Below are positions 19,747 through 30,163 of a stretch of 64,000 bases of DNA, in pieces (within the stretch, counting starts at the first letter, position 1; every line of letters starts with the position of its first letter). The notes beneath the pieces were generated by a model that did not search any database, was not told the DNA's origin, and saw nothing but the letters and a program-made list of their open reading frames with translations. The DNA is taken from the NCBI GenBank assembly GCA_947477885.1, contig CANJUD010000003.1:215774-279773 (forward strand), read 5' to 3'. The position numbers and the translations under genes are program-made. The stretch is from Bacteroidota bacterium (lineage in GTDB: Bacteria > Bacteroidota > Bacteroidia > UKL13-3).

Positions 19747-20292
19747 TTATTTTGGGAAGCCCATTTTTGTTGCTAATTCAACCATGTCGTCAACTAGTGT
19801 GAGACTATCTGGAACCTTGGCAACTGTTTCATATATTTCAGGCCAGGCATTGGCATATCTAATCAATACAAAGTCATTTGCTAAATAATCAGCTCCAACA
19901 AATCCTTTCTTTATCTCCTTTGCTCCTGCTTTATAATATATACTGGTCACATAATCATTGATAGCACGATAAGATCTGCACCCTTTTACTGGTTCGCTGA
20001 ATAAATGTGCTCTAATATAAGAATAATTATTTTTTAACAACAAACTTTGCGTAGTAAATGTTAAAATAAAGAAGACAGCTAAGCTACCCGAAATTGCAAT
20101 AAATACCTTTTGAAAGGTGCGGTCTTTGTTGGAATAATAAATAGTTATTCCTAATACCCATGATATAAATCCCAAAATAATAAAGAATACAGTTGGCATA
20201 TAATCGTTTATCCACCAATTGAAATAGGTAAGTAAAAAACCACCTATGAAAAGCACAAATCCTATTATTCTTAATCTGCGGGTAATACTCAT
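19747..20292 (-). CDS. hypothetical membrane protein (3 TM + soluble domain)
   Basis: 181 aa; three N-terminal hydrophobic helices. Confidence 0.5.
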   Translation of the reverse strand: MSITRRLRIIGFVLFIGGFLLTYFNWWINDYMPTVFFIILGFISWVLGITIYYSNKDRTFQKVFIAISGSLAVFFILTFTTQSLLLKNNYSYIRAHLFSEPVKGCRSYRAINDYVTSIYYKAGAKEIKKGFVGADYLANDFVLIRYANAWPEIYETVAKVPDSLTLVDDMVELATKMGFPK

Positions 20293-20312
20293 TACAGGCT
20301 ATAAGAAATATA

Positions 20313-21833
20313 TTATATCTCCTTCAGAAACTTAACCCAATCTTCTGCAATTTTTCCTTTTAACACCCGCGGAAATTTAACTTGGGCTCCACCCTTTCCT
20401 TGAGCTTCGAGAAAATTATTAAAAACTTCATTGGGAAGATAAGTTACATTCATGCGTGTTAAAGCATGGGTGCGTTCAACTATATAGTCATCATTAAGCT
20501 CTCCCAATTTTGCATCCAATTTTTGTTTATACAACTCCGTATCAAAGGGTTTATTACTTCCTACATACCAATCGTGACCCAAAGGTCCATCATTAGTTAC
20601 GCCAATTACGCAAAACTCATTGCTGATCAGACCCATTTCATTGCTCACAAAATTAAATGCATCATTCATATTTTCTACAGAAAGATGCTCGCCACAAAGA
20701 CTTAAAAAATGTTTGGTGCGTCCCGTTATTTTTATTTCAACGTGTTTAAGGGAAGAAAACCTGATGGTATCGCCAATTAAATACCGCCATGCACCTGAAC
20801 AAGTTGTAATTACCAATGCGTAATCAACACCTTCTTCTACTTCCATTAAAGACAATGCTTTGGCATGAGGCAACATATTTCCATCGCCATCGAAATTATC
20901 ATCATTAAAAGGAACAAATTCATAATAAACCCCATTATTTAATAGCAATCGCATACCACTAACATAGGGTCTGGCCTGAAACGCTAAAAAGCCTTCGCTG
21001 GCTAGATATGTTTCCCAATAGTTTAGCGGCTTGCCACACATGGCATCTATGCTTTTGCGATAAGGCTCTACCGATACGCCACCCCATATATAAACGGTAA
21101 GGTTGGGCCAAATATCATGTATTGATTTTAAATTGTATCTTTGGATAATTCGCTCAAATAATAATTTAATCCAAGCAGGAACACCTGCTATAGTTCCAGG
21201 ATCCCAATTGGGTGCATTTTCTATGATATCTTCAATTTTAGAATGCCAATCTTTTAATGCTCTAATCTGCGGTTCGGGCTTGGTATAGGGCTCAAACCAA
21301 AAAGGCACATTGCCAGAGGTGATCCCGCTAAGGTCGCCACTAAAATTTATTCCATTAAATTGCAAGGTTGTGCTCCCTCCAATCATTATATAATGTTTAT
21401 TAAGGACTCCCGTTGGAATTTCTTTACAGCGGGCAATTCTCATAAGTTGTCTGGCACTGCCCCTAGTTATAAACTTAATGGTATTTTTGGTAACAGGTAT
21501 GTATTTACTAGCCCCTTCGCTGGTGCCACTACTCAAGGCGAAATATTTCATTTTACCAGGCCATGTTACTGATTCTTCGCCAGCATAAGCTTTTTGCCAC
21601 CAGGGATTCATGGTAGAATAATTTGATAAAGGTACTTTTTCCTTAAATAGCCCAAACACATTGTCATTAAATACAATGTCCGAAAAATGGTAAAATTGCC
21701 CAAATTGTGTATTCCCCGCTTTCAACAATAACTTTTTCAAGGTTCGTAATTGTGAAGCGTGTGCTCGCTCAATAGGGTTTCTGTTCCTATTGCCAGTAAA
21801 GGCTTTTTTAACAATTTGGGTTAAACTTGACAT
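20313..21833 (-). CDS. GH3 family (auxin-responsive GH3-like) adenylate-forming protein
   Basis: 506 aa; N-terminal …RAHASQLRTLKKLLLKAGNTQFGQFYHF… and overall length typical of bacterial GH3 homologues. Confidence 0.65.
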   Translation of the reverse strand: MSSLTQIVKKAFTGNRNRNPIERAHASQLRTLKKLLLKAGNTQFGQFYHFSDIVFNDNVFGLFKEKVPLSNYSTMNPWWQKAYAGEESVTWPGKMKYFALSSGTSEGASKYIPVTKNTIKFITRGSARQLMRIARCKEIPTGVLNKHYIMIGGSTTLQFNGINFSGDLSGITSGNVPFWFEPYTKPEPQIRALKDWHSKIEDIIENAPNWDPGTIAGVPAWIKLLFERIIQRYNLKSIHDIWPNLTVYIWGGVSVEPYRKSIDAMCGKPLNYWETYLASEGFLAFQARPYVSGMRLLLNNGVYYEFVPFNDDNFDGDGNMLPHAKALSLMEVEEGVDYALVITTCSGAWRYLIGDTIRFSSLKHVEIKITGRTKHFLSLCGEHLSVENMNDAFNFVSNEMGLISNEFCVIGVTNDGPLGHDWYVGSNKPFDTELYKQKLDAKLGELNDDYIVERTHALTRMNVTYLPNEVFNNFLEAQGKGGAQVKFPRVLKGKIAEDWVKFLKEI

Positions 21834-21902
21834 CTATGAATTCATTTACTAAACTAGCAAACTTAAGCTGCAAATTAAATGATAATTGTCAATAGAAAAA
21901 AA

Positions 21903-22541
21903 TTAGGACTGCAAAAAAGGATTATTCAGCTTCTCAAACCCAATATTGGTGGGCTCTCCGTGCCCGCTAAACACTTTACAATCATTAGGTAAAGCAAATA
22001 GTTTATTTTTGATAGAGTTGATTAAAGTATCATAATCACCACCCTGCAAATCGTATCGGCCTATACCCTGATGGAACAACACATCTCCTTGGAATATTTC
22101 ATTGGTAGTTTTATTATAATACCCTAAATGCCCAGGAGCATGGCCTGGCAAAAACAAAACTTCCAGATTTGTTTCCCCAAAATTAAGAATATCTCCTTCG
22201 TTCAAATATATATAATCAGCAACCGGCATCGTTAAATTAAAACCCATAGAAGCGGCCCACTGTATGCTATGTTCCATGGTCGCTATATCTATTTTGTTTA
22301 TATATACTGGCAAGTTCCATTTGCCTGTGCAGTAGCTTACGCCTAGCACGTGGTCGATATGCCCATGGGTGAGGACAATTTTTTCTGGAATTAAATGATT
22401 GTCGACAATAAAATCAGAAAGTACTTTTTCCTCACTGGGTTTGCTGCATCCTGGGTCTATTATAATACATTGTTTGGTATCGTCCCACACTACATAAGTG
22501 TTTTCGGAAAAGGGGTTGAAGGTGAAGGAATGGTGGTGCAT
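21903..22541 (-). CDS. MBL-fold metallo-hydrolase (hydroxyacylglutathione hydrolase-like)
   Basis: HxHxDH motif (LTHGHIDHV); 212 aa. Confidence 0.8.
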   Translation of the reverse strand: MHHHSFTFNPFSENTYVVWDDTKQCIIIDPGCSKPSEEKVLSDFIVDNHLIPEKIVLTHGHIDHVLGVSYCTGKWNLPVYINKIDIATMEHSIQWAASMGFNLTMPVADYIYLNEGDILNFGETNLEVLFLPGHAPGHLGYYNKTTNEIFQGDVLFHQGIGRYDLQGGDYDTLINSIKNKLFALPNDCKVFSGHGEPTNIGFEKLNNPFLQS

Positions 22542-22544
22542 TTT

Positions 22545-22650
22545 TGGGGCAAAAATAGTATAAAGTAGATAGTATAAGGTATAAAGACTTTCCAGTTGGT
22601 AGTATGCTGTTGGCGGTAGCTTAAACCGAATGGCACTGACTCCTGCCTAA
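22545..22650. repeat. Intergenic repeat element (inverted copy of the 7921-8045 element, with gccg/accgaatggcactgac core)
   Basis: agtataaagtagatagtataaggtataaagactttcc…accgaatggcactgactcc; core shared with 39700 (gccgtatggcactgac) and 23113 (gccattcggcgtcagt). Confidence 0.55.
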
Positions 22651-22653
22651 CGT

Positions 22654-23022
22654 TTACTCAATCCTCAATTCAGTAATCAAAAAACTACCTGAATTACTTT
22701 TCATGAGAATATATACTTTGTAAATTCCTGCTGTGGTTTCTAGTTTTCCATTGATGAATTTAGTAGCGGGGTCGCTCACGCCTTTGCGGGCGATGCTAAA
22801 ATTACTAGGTTTGCTTTTAGAGAAGAAATCTTTCATAATCATCTCTGCCTGGGTTTTGCTATAGGTTTCTTCTTTGCCCATAATACTCAACTCAATCGAA
22901 TTGTTAAAACTTGTGGTAAGCTCAGATGCATTTCCTTCTTTCATGTTGCGGGCGATTTTATCATTCAAATCCTCTGCAAACATTGATATGAGGGCAACAA
23001 AAGCTATATATATTATTGGCAT
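22654..23022 (-). CDS. hypothetical secreted protein (possibly DUF4783-like)
   Basis: Signal-peptide-like N-terminus MPIIYIAFVALISMFA; ~122 aa; family name is from memory only. Confidence 0.4.
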   Translation of the reverse strand: MPIIYIAFVALISMFAEDLNDKIARNMKEGNASELTTSFNNSIELSIMGKEETYSKTQAEMIMKDFFSKSKPSNFSIARKGVSDPATKFINGKLETTAGIYKVYILMKSNSGSFLITELRIE

Positions 23023-23079
23023 GTGGTTTATTTTTCTTGCTTGCAAACTTAGCTAAAATTATGCCGAAAAAAAAACTCA

Positions 23080-23170
23080 AGTAGTCAGTGGTCAGTAAAC
23101 AGTGGTCAGTGCCATTCGGCGTCAGTATGCAGGCGTCAGCTACTGTTTACTGTTTACTGACCACTAGCCC
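23080..23170. repeat. Heptamer-based palindromic repeat element (TAGTCAG/TGGTCAG/TAAACAG arms around ggcgtcag core)
   Basis: gtagtcagtggtcagtaaacagtggtcagtgccattcggcgtcagtatgcaggcgtcagctactgtttactgtttactgaccactag: arms are reverse complements. Confidence 0.6.
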
Positions 23171-23197
23171 GTATTTTTGCACATCAATAACACGACC

Positions 23198-24733
23198 ATG
23201 AATGATAAAGTAATGCTAATGATACTCGATGGCTGGGGCAAGGGTCAGGCTTATGAAGGCAATGCGATAGAGCTAGCGAAGAATAAATTTGTGGAAGGAT
23301 TGGCCAATCATTATCCGATGTCGTATTTGCAAACAAGCGGCGAAGCTGTGGGATTGCCTGATGGGCAAATGGGAAATAGCGAAGTAGGACATTTGAATAT
23401 TGGTGCTGGCAGAATTGTATATCAGCAATTGGAAATTATTAATAAAGCTTTTCGTGAACATCAAGTTGCTGCTATTCCCAGTTTTGCAAATGCAATAAAG
23501 TATGCCAAAGAAAATAAAAAAGCATTTCATTTATTGGGCTTGGTAAGCGATGGTGGCGTGCATTCATCGATGGACCATTTGATGGGATTGTGTGATATAT
23601 TAAAAGATAGTGGAATTGACAGTATATATATTCATGCATTTACCGACGGTAGAGATACAGATCCAAAATCTGGAAAAAAATATATACAAACTATTAGCGA
23701 ACATATACAATCCGCCGCGGCAAACAATATAAAACTTGCAACTATTATAGGACGCTACTATGCCATGGATCGCGACAAACGATGGGAACGCGTGAAACTT
23801 GCATACGACTTATTGGTGCATGGAAAAGGAACTATATATAATAATCCGACTGAAGCAATTGAAGCATCATATAACAATAATATTACCGATGAATTTATAC
23901 AACCCATTGTGCTAAGTAACGATGGGGTAAATCCGATTGCGACCATCAAAGATGGAGATGTGGTATTAATGTTTAATTTTCGCACTGACCGTGGTCGTGA
24001 ACTCACGCAGACACTTAGCCAGCAAGAATATCCTGAGTTTGATATGAAACCTTTGGATTTACATTACCTCACCATGACTATATATGATGAGACTTATAAA
24101 AATGTAGAAACACTTTTTCATAATGATGATTTGGTGATGACACTTGGAGAAGTATTACAACAAAATAACAAGAAGCAAGTTCGCATTGCCGAGACAGAAA
24201 AATATCCGCATGTTACTTTCTTTTTCTCTGGCGGCCGTGAAAAGCCATTTGATGGAGAGACACGCAGAATGTGCCAGTCACCTAAAGTTGCTACGTATGA
24301 TTTGCAACCAGAAATGAGTGCGGAAGATATAAAAAATGCAGTGCTTGATGTGATACAAAATGATGCTGCTGATTTTATTGTAGTTAATTTTGCAAACCCA
24401 GATATGGTAGGTCATACTGGAGTATTACCAGCAGTAATAAAAGCTGTAGAAAAAGTAGACGACTGTGCCCGCCAAATTGTAGAACAAGCCACCACCAAGG
24501 GCTGGAACCTCCTTATCACCGCCGACCATGGCAATAGTGAGTATATGATAAATCCTGATGGTTCTCCCAATACTGCACATACAACTAATGATGTTCCTAT
24601 ATATTTATTAGCAAATAACAAAGATATAAAACTACACAATGGGAAGTTGGCTGATATTGCTCCCACAGTTTTACAATTGATGCATTTGGAGCAACCGATT
24701 GAGATGACAGGTGTGAGTTTGTTGGACATTTAA
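23198..24733 (+). CDS. gpmI: 2,3-bisphosphoglycerate-independent phosphoglycerate mutase
   Basis: N-terminal MILDGWG, Ser nucleophile region GNSEVGHLNIGAGR, C-terminal ADHGN; ~510 aa. Confidence 0.95.
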   Translation: MNDKVMLMILDGWGKGQAYEGNAIELAKNKFVEGLANHYPMSYLQTSGEAVGLPDGQMGNSEVGHLNIGAGRIVYQQLEIINKAFREHQVAAIPSFANAIKYAKENKKAFHLLGLVSDGGVHSSMDHLMGLCDILKDSGIDSIYIHAFTDGRDTDPKSGKKYIQTISEHIQSAAANNIKLATIIGRYYAMDRDKRWERVKLAYDLLVHGKGTIYNNPTEAIEASYNNNITDEFIQPIVLSNDGVNPIATIKDGDVVLMFNFRTDRGRELTQTLSQQEYPEFDMKPLDLHYLTMTIYDETYKNVETLFHNDDLVMTLGEVLQQNNKKQVRIAETEKYPHVTFFFSGGREKPFDGETRRMCQSPKVATYDLQPEMSAEDIKNAVLDVIQNDAADFIVVNFANPDMVGHTGVLPAVIKAVEKVDDCARQIVEQATTKGWNLLITADHGNSEYMINPDGSPNTAHTTNDVPIYLLANNKDIKLHNGKLADIAPTVLQLMHLEQPIEMTGVSLLDI

Positions 24734-24867
24734 TATATATACAAGGTGCAAGTGAAGAATGAAGCCTGAGGAAAAATTTTGAAACAAATTCTGGATTTCA
24801 AATTACTTCTCTAGCCTGAAGTAGGAGCCAAAGCAATGATCCCGAATTTTAATAGAGAAAGATAGGG

Positions 24868-25779
24868 TCAAATCCGCTCAATCCCCATCAACACATACTT
24901 CTTCTCCTGAGCAAATAAACTCGGATTGATGATATTTATATTCTTCTCCAATTTTCCATCAATCTCCGGCAAAGACTTTTCTATCATATAATAGAGCCCT
25001 GGATTTTTTACTTGTATTTTATCAACTATAAAATCCTTCACGGGTAAGCCAATCTGAGTAGCCCACATATATATATAAGCAATGGTAGGAAGTATATGGG
25101 GTGTTATATTTTCTTCTAAAGTCATTTTAAAACCATGCTCGGCTAAAAGGGTGTTAAATGATTCCCAATCGTGTCCACTTTTTTCATGGGCTTGGCCTAA
25201 TCTGAAATAGTCGCAAGCTATCCATTTGCCGCCAGGCTTCATAATTTTATCTATAATAGGTAATGCGGTTTTTAAATCTAAATATTGTAGTGATTCTGAC
25301 GTAATCACTGTTCCAAATTGTGCTATATAATTATCGGAATCAATATCTTCAAATTTACAGTGTAACACATCATTGGGGTAGGTTTGCTTGATATGATTAA
25401 TCTGGTTTATGTCGGGTGTTAGTCCTATGGCCCTAAGTTCACTTTCATTCATTAGTTTCAATAATCCGCCCATACCACAACCTACGTCTAATATTAAATT
25501 GGTTTTGTCCGTAATTAGTTCCACTAATTTTTCTGCATATCTTTTTTGGGCAGTGTAGAAAATATTTAGACTAATATCTTCGGGCAATGTATTGGGATTG
25601 TCATAATAGCCATAATGTAAAAAATCGCCTTTAAGTACTTTGCCATACAGCTTTAATTGGGCGTCGTTTTCATGCCGGTGTCCCCTTTTCTTATTGCGCT
25701 GTAGCTTGAGTACTTTGTATAAATGATTTGGGTATAATGCCCGCTTTAGTATATTTTTAATTATATTGTTCTTAGCCAT
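24868..25779 (-). CDS. class I SAM-dependent methyltransferase
   Basis: Motif I LDVGCGMGG; 303 aa; 8-nt overlap with ribD. Confidence 0.7.
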   Translation of the reverse strand: MAKNNIIKNILKRALYPNHLYKVLKLQRNKKRGHRHENDAQLKLYGKVLKGDFLHYGYYDNPNTLPEDISLNIFYTAQKRYAEKLVELITDKTNLILDVGCGMGGLLKLMNESELRAIGLTPDINQINHIKQTYPNDVLHCKFEDIDSDNYIAQFGTVITSESLQYLDLKTALPIIDKIMKPGGKWIACDYFRLGQAHEKSGHDWESFNTLLAEHGFKMTLEENITPHILPTIAYIYMWATQIGLPVKDFIVDKIQVKNPGLYYMIEKSLPEIDGKLEKNINIINPSLFAQEKKYVLMGIERI

Positions 25780-26836
25780 GTATATAAGTTTTTAAAATGT
25801 CGCCTGAAATATTCTCGGTGTAGTTGGGTTCGTGATTGATGAACGGGGCTTTCAAGCCAGTATGATACGTTTTTTGTGGAGCAGTAAATACCTTGGTTTC
25901 GTCCCAAATATTTTCGGATATAAAAGTTTGTAATACCATTCTGCCGCCTTCTACTAAAACAGATTGTATACCTCTATTATATAATACTTCCAAAGTTTGT
26001 TTGGCAGCCCCTATAGAAAAATCAATATATATAAATTCTACATTTTCTTTTTCCCAATGGTTGTTGCTGCGAAAATATTGATCCACCAAAATTAGGGTAG
26101 GAGTGGTGCCATCAAATATATGTAAATTCGATTCCAATTTTAATTGGGGATCCCACACGACACGCACCGGGTTTTTTCCTTCCCAATGCCGCACATCCAA
26201 AGTTGGGTTGTCATTTAATGCGGTATTAGAACCCACTAATATCGCACCATGACAAGCACGATAGCGATGCACCTCTCGCACTGAATACTGATTACTAATA
26301 TATCTTAGCGATTGATAATTGGGGTCACGCATTTGCGGAGCGATAATATCATCCGCAGTTTGGGCCCATTTAAGCGTAACGAAAGGTCTATTTTTCTGAT
26401 GAAAACAATTGAATCTTTTATTTAATTCCAAAGCCTCCTTCTCACATCCGCCGCGGCGGACCATAATAGTTTCTATACCTGCACCTTTTAGTTTTTCTAT
26501 TCCTTTTCCTGCTACCAATGGGTTTGGGTCTTGCTGGGCTATAATAACTTGTTTGAATTTTTTCTCAATAATCAAATCTGCACAGGGCGGTGTTTTGCCG
26601 GTATGCGAACAAGGTTCCAAATTCACATACAAACTGCATTCATTAAATTTGTCAAATCCTTGCAGTTTGTTGATGGCATCCACCTCGGCATGGTTACCGC
26701 CATATTGGTGGTGAAACCCCTCCGCAATAATCTTCCCCTCATGCACAATTACGCAACCCACCATCGGGTTTGGTTCTACCAGCCCCTCGCCATTGGCGGC
26801 TAGCTGCAAGCATCGTTTCATATAGGTTTCGTGCAT
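25772..26836 (-). CDS. ribD: bifunctional riboflavin biosynthesis deaminase/reductase RibD
   Basis: CMP/dCMP deaminase zinc motifs HAEVDAI … EPCSHTGKTPPC; C-terminal RibG reductase domain. Confidence 0.9.
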   Translation of the reverse strand: MHETYMKRCLQLAANGEGLVEPNPMVGCVIVHEGKIIAEGFHHQYGGNHAEVDAINKLQGFDKFNECSLYVNLEPCSHTGKTPPCADLIIEKKFKQVIIAQQDPNPLVAGKGIEKLKGAGIETIMVRRGGCEKEALELNKRFNCFHQKNRPFVTLKWAQTADDIIAPQMRDPNYQSLRYISNQYSVREVHRYRACHGAILVGSNTALNDNPTLDVRHWEGKNPVRVVWDPQLKLESNLHIFDGTTPTLILVDQYFRSNNHWEKENVEFIYIDFSIGAAKQTLEVLYNRGIQSVLVEGGRMVLQTFISENIWDETKVFTAPQKTYHTGLKAPFINHEPNYTENISGDILKTYIHG

Positions 26837-26994
26837 GGGGACAAAGATAGCGAAATGTGTGAAGTTTTTTGGTGGGAAAATTAGGAAACTATATATATAA
26901 TTTCTTTATATATGATAATAGTGCAAGAAAAATTTATTGCGATGTCACAATTCATATTATCATACTTTAATATAATAAACATTATATATTATAC

Positions 26995-28029
26995 TTAAAA
27001 CAACTGCGCACTATTTCCCCTATGCGGCATAATCCCCAAATGCTTATAAGCAAGTTCTGTCGCTTCTCGGCCACGGGACGTTCGCATCAAAAATCCTTCT
27101 TGTATTAAAAAAGGTTCATATACTTCTTCTATAGTACCTGCATCTTCACTTACTGCAGTGGCAATTGTATTTAATCCCACAGGTCCGCCTTTAAATTTTT
27201 CTATAATAGTGGTAAGGATTTTATTGTCCATTTCGTCGAGGCCATGTGAGTCTACATTGAGTGCATCCAAAGCCATTTGGGCAATTTCAAAGGTTATAAT
27301 ACCATCGCCTTTCATCTGGGCAAAATCTCTCGTACGTCTCAACAAAGCATTCGCAATACGTGGGGTTCCCCTGCTGCGTTTTGCAATTTCGTGAGCGGCG
27401 GTATCTACTATTTGTGTTTTCAAAATTCCTGCACTGCGTTTCACAATTGTGGTCAATAATTTCACATCATAATATTCCAACCGGGCATTGATACCAAACC
27501 GGGCACGCAATGGAGCCGTTAACAAACCAGAACGGGTGGTCGCACCAATCAACGTAAACGGATTAATACTAATTTGTATAGAACGGGCATTGGGGCCACT
27601 TTCCAGCATGATATCAATTTTATAATCTTCCATGGCCGAGTATAAATACTCTTCCACCACGGGACTTAATCTATGTATTTCATCAATAAATAATACATCG
27701 CCTTGTTCTAAATTGGTAAGTAGTCCAGCCAAATCGCCGGGCTTTTCTATAACAGGTCCTGAAGTAATTTTTATGCCTGCACCCAATTCATTTGATATAA
27801 TATGTGCTAGTGTAGTTTTGCCCAATCCCGGAGGCCCGTGCAACAATACATGGTCGAGTGCCTCACCACGCAGGCGGGCAGCACCCACAAATATTTTTAG
27901 GTTTTCAATTGTTTTATCTTGTCCGCTAAAGTCGCCAAAAGCTTGGGGGCGGAGTACTTTCTCCAGCTCCCGCTCGGTATTGTCTAAATCATCTTCGTCG
28001 GCACTAAGGTTGGGGTTACGCATGAGCAC
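26995..28029 (-). CDS. ruvB: Holliday junction branch migration helicase RuvB
   Basis: Walker [10 protein letters not shown], …DEIHRL…, sensor/arginine finger regions; 344 aa. Confidence 0.95.
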   Translation of the reverse strand: MLMRNPNLSADEDDLDNTERELEKVLRPQAFGDFSGQDKTIENLKIFVGAARLRGEALDHVLLHGPPGLGKTTLAHIISNELGAGIKITSGPVIEKPGDLAGLLTNLEQGDVLFIDEIHRLSPVVEEYLYSAMEDYKIDIMLESGPNARSIQISINPFTLIGATTRSGLLTAPLRARFGINARLEYYDVKLLTTIVKRSAGILKTQIVDTAAHEIAKRSRGTPRIANALLRRTRDFAQMKGDGIITFEIAQMALDALNVDSHGLDEMDNKILTTIIEKFKGGPVGLNTIATAVSEDAGTIEEVYEPFLIQEGFLMRTSRGREATELAYKHLGIMPHRGNSAQLF

Positions 28030-28043
28030 GCAAAGTTAATATA

Positions 28044-28074
28044 GGATTCGGGATTCAGGATTCAGGATTCGGGG
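28044..28074. repeat. Tandem heptamer array GGATTCG-GGATTCA-GGATTCA-GGATTCG
   Basis: Directly read; reverse-complement heptamers CCCGAAT x3 occur at 31048-31070. Confidence 0.6.
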
Positions 28075-28119
28075 ATAGGTAGCAGATATTTTTACATTAG
28101 TTATCCGCATTTCGCTGAT

Positions 28120-28290
28120 TTTAATATTTCGTCCCTACGGGACTTATGCCGTGTTGGACGTTTCTCGTTTCTACCAATATTTCGTCCCGATGGGACTTTA
28201 ATCGACATATACATAGTCCCATCGGGACGAAATATTGGTAGAATTAAGATTTGAGTTAGTATTAAAGTCCTGTAGGGACGCAATATTGAA
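28120..28290. repeat. Nested palindromic element: four ~25-bp units AATATTTCGTCCC-NN-GGGACT (2 forward, 2 inverted)
   Basis: units at ~28124, ~28176 (forward) and ~28213, ~28263 (reverse complement); unit 2 vs 3 nearly perfect 28-bp inverted repeat separated by 14 nt; each unit internally palindromic (gtccc..gggac). Confidence 0.65.
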
Positions 28291-28306
28291 TAGTCAAAGA
28301 AAGAAG

Positions 28307-29047
28307 TTATTTCAACCCCTTCACTAACAAATCCACAATATGAATCGCCTTCACATGTAAATTATTTTTCTTGATATAAGAATCTAAATGCATGAGGCAA
28401 CCACCATCGGTGCAAACCAAAAATTCAGCACCAGTATCCATTACATGTTTTAATTTTTCTTCGGCAAGAGCAACAGATAATGGTTCAAACTTAACAGCGA
28501 ATATTCCACCGAAACCACAGCAAGTATCATAGTCTTTCATTTCAACAATCTCCAAACCTTCTACTTGGCCGAGCAGTTTGCGGGGCTGATCAAATATTTT
28601 ACAATCACGCATCCCTTTGCAATTATCTAGTAATGCAACGCGTGTATTAAAGGTAGCTTGCAATGGCGGATTATGCAGAACATCAACCCAAAATTCAGCA
28701 AAATCGAAAAATATTTTCTGTAGATTTTTACTAGGATTGTGAACGGAAGTATTCTCAAACAAAGTATTATAGGAGCTGCGAACCATTGACACACAGCCCG
28801 ATGAAGCTGCTACCATATAATGTCCTGCAATTTGTTCTCCGATTAATTTTTCTCCAACTTCTTTCGCATCATCCCAGAAACCGGCATTAAAAGCGGGCTG
28901 ACCACAGCAAGTTTGTTCGGTATTATAATGCACTTCACAACCTGCAAGCTCCAAAAGTCGTTTCATGTTAAAGCCCGTCTCAGGCCAAAACTGGTCTATA
29001 TGACAAGGCACAAATAAATCGACGTGTATGGTTTTATCTTTTTGCAA
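28307..29047 (-). CDS. (Fe-S)-binding protein with two CCG cysteine-rich domains (LutA/GlcF-like)
   Basis: Cys motifs CCGQPAFNAGF … CCGFGGIFAV; 246 aa. Confidence 0.75.
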   Translation of the reverse strand: MQKDKTIHVDLFVPCHIDQFWPETGFNMKRLLELAGCEVHYNTEQTCCGQPAFNAGFWDDAKEVGEKLIGEQIAGHYMVAASSGCVSMVRSSYNTLFENTSVHNPSKNLQKIFFDFAEFWVDVLHNPPLQATFNTRVALLDNCKGMRDCKIFDQPRKLLGQVEGLEIVEMKDYDTCCGFGGIFAVKFEPLSVALAEEKLKHVMDTGAEFLVCTDGGCLMHLDSYIKKNNLHVKAIHIVDLLVKGLK

Positions 29048-29200
29048 GCCGCGAAAATAATGGTTAATTATTAATTATTAATGGTTAATGGTTAATGCCA
29101 TGCGGCAGTGTTGCGTTGCGACATTAACCATTAACCATTTATAATTCATCATTTATAATTCATCATTTATCCTTCATCATTAACCATTATTTTTGCCGCC
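29046..29200. repeat. Heptamer-based palindromic element (GGTTAAT arms around gccatgcggcag core; TTCATCA/TTTATAA units)
   Basis: ggttaattattaattattaatggttaatggttaatgccatgcggcagtgttgcgttgcgacattaaccattaaccat…; core gccatgcggcag also at 30850; ggcattaaccattaaccat also at 51869. Confidence 0.6.
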
Positions 29201-29204
29201 CTTT

Positions 29205-29669
29205 ATGATTCGCATTATCCTCCAAAATAAACTCGTTCGCAAACTAATCAAGTTTGGAATAGTAGGTGCAGCATCGTTTGTGGCGGGTTATATAACCTAT
29301 GCAGTGCTGTGCGAATTGCACTTGATGGTCTATCATGATGTAAAGAAATACTATCTTATTTATCAAGTTGTTGGCAGCATTGTAGGTTTATTTGTGAGCT
29401 ATGCGGTCAATAAAAACTGGACTTTTAGGCATCAGACTCAAAAGAAAAAAAGTTATTTTGGGAGATTCGCATTGGTGTATGCAATCGGTTTCCTTATTAA
29501 TATCGCACTGGTATACTATTTCGTGGATATAGCAGATTATTTGCCTGCTTACTTGCACAAAAACAGGTTGTTCGTGGCTCCCATCTTTGCAACAGTGATT
29601 AGTTCAGGTGTCAATTTCTTGGCAAGCAATAAGCTGGTTTTCAAAGTAGAGGATGTGGAAGACGAATAA
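29205..29669 (+). CDS. GtrA family membrane protein
   Basis: ~155 aa, four TM segments, N-terminal K(L/F)xKFGIVGAASFV typical of GtrA-like proteins; track ORF begins at TTG 29193, ATG at 29205 preferred. Confidence 0.65.
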   Translation: MIRIILQNKLVRKLIKFGIVGAASFVAGYITYAVLCELHLMVYHDVKKYYLIYQVVGSIVGLFVSYAVNKNWTFRHQTQKKKSYFGRFALVYAIGFLINIALVYYFVDIADYLPAYLHKNRLFVAPIFATVISSGVNFLASNKLVFKVEDVEDE

Positions 29670-29683
29670 TCAAAAAAACATTT

Positions 29684-29712
29684 TTTTATAAAGGTTAAAG
29701 CCCTATTTTTGC
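29684..29712 (+). promoter_or_regulatory. putative Bacteroidota sigma-A promoter (-7 TAnnTTTG box TATTTTTG) for rplS
   Basis: tatttttg at 29704-29711, ~24 nt upstream of the rplS ATG. Confidence 0.35.
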
Positions 29713-29734
29713 ACTCCCAAATTTTAAGCTAATC

Positions 29735-30082
29735 ATGAGCAATTTATTAAAAATCGTAGAGCAAGAATTTTTAAAGACAGACCTTCCATCATTCAAGGCT
29801 GGCGATACCGTAGCGGTATCGTACAAAATTAAAGAGGGCACCAAAGAGCGTATCCAGTTATACCAAGGTGTGGTTATCCAACGCCGCAACAGTGGTCTTA
29901 ACGAAACTTTTACAGTTCGTAAAATTTCAAATGGTGTAGGTGTTGAGCGTATTTTCCCAATACACAGTACCAATATCGAAAAGATAGAAGTGATGAGTCG
30001 TGGTAAAGTAAGACGTGCCCGTATCTTCTACCAACGCGGACTTACCGGCAAAAAAGCCCGTATCAAAGAAAAGAGAGGTTAA
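29735..30082 (+). CDS. rplS: 50S ribosomal protein L19
   Basis: 115 aa; highly conserved L19 sequence (…[29 protein letters not shown]…RRARIFY…). Confidence 0.95.
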   Translation: MSNLLKIVEQEFLKTDLPSFKAGDTVAVSYKIKEGTKERIQLYQGVVIQRRNSGLNETFTVRKISNGVGVERIFPIHSTNIEKIEVMSRGKVRRARIFYQRGLTGKKARIKEKRG

Positions 30083-30103
30083 TCCCCAAAAACATTATAT
30101 ATC

Positions 30104-30137
30104 AGGCTGTCCATACAAACGACAGCCTTTTTTATTT
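30104..30137 (+). terminator. rho-independent terminator after rplS
   Basis: aggctgtc-catacaaac-gacagcct stem-loop followed by tttttatttt. Confidence 0.7.
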
Positions 30138-30163
30138 TAATATTTAACAGTTAGATTTTTTTA

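Noticed and set aside
26837-26994. FMN riboswitch upstream of ribD
   Set aside because: No recognisable RFN-element conserved segments; ribD appears to be expressed from an ordinary promoter or within an operon with the overlapping methyltransferase gene.
28101-28283. 60-aa ORF in the ruvB upstream region
   Set aside because: Its sequence is simply the translation of the nested palindromic repeat units; no independent coding signal.
28120-28290. Possible CRISPR array
   Set aside because: Only four units, arranged as inverted (not direct) repeats, with spacers of irregular length and no cas genes; it is a palindromic structure, not CRISPR.
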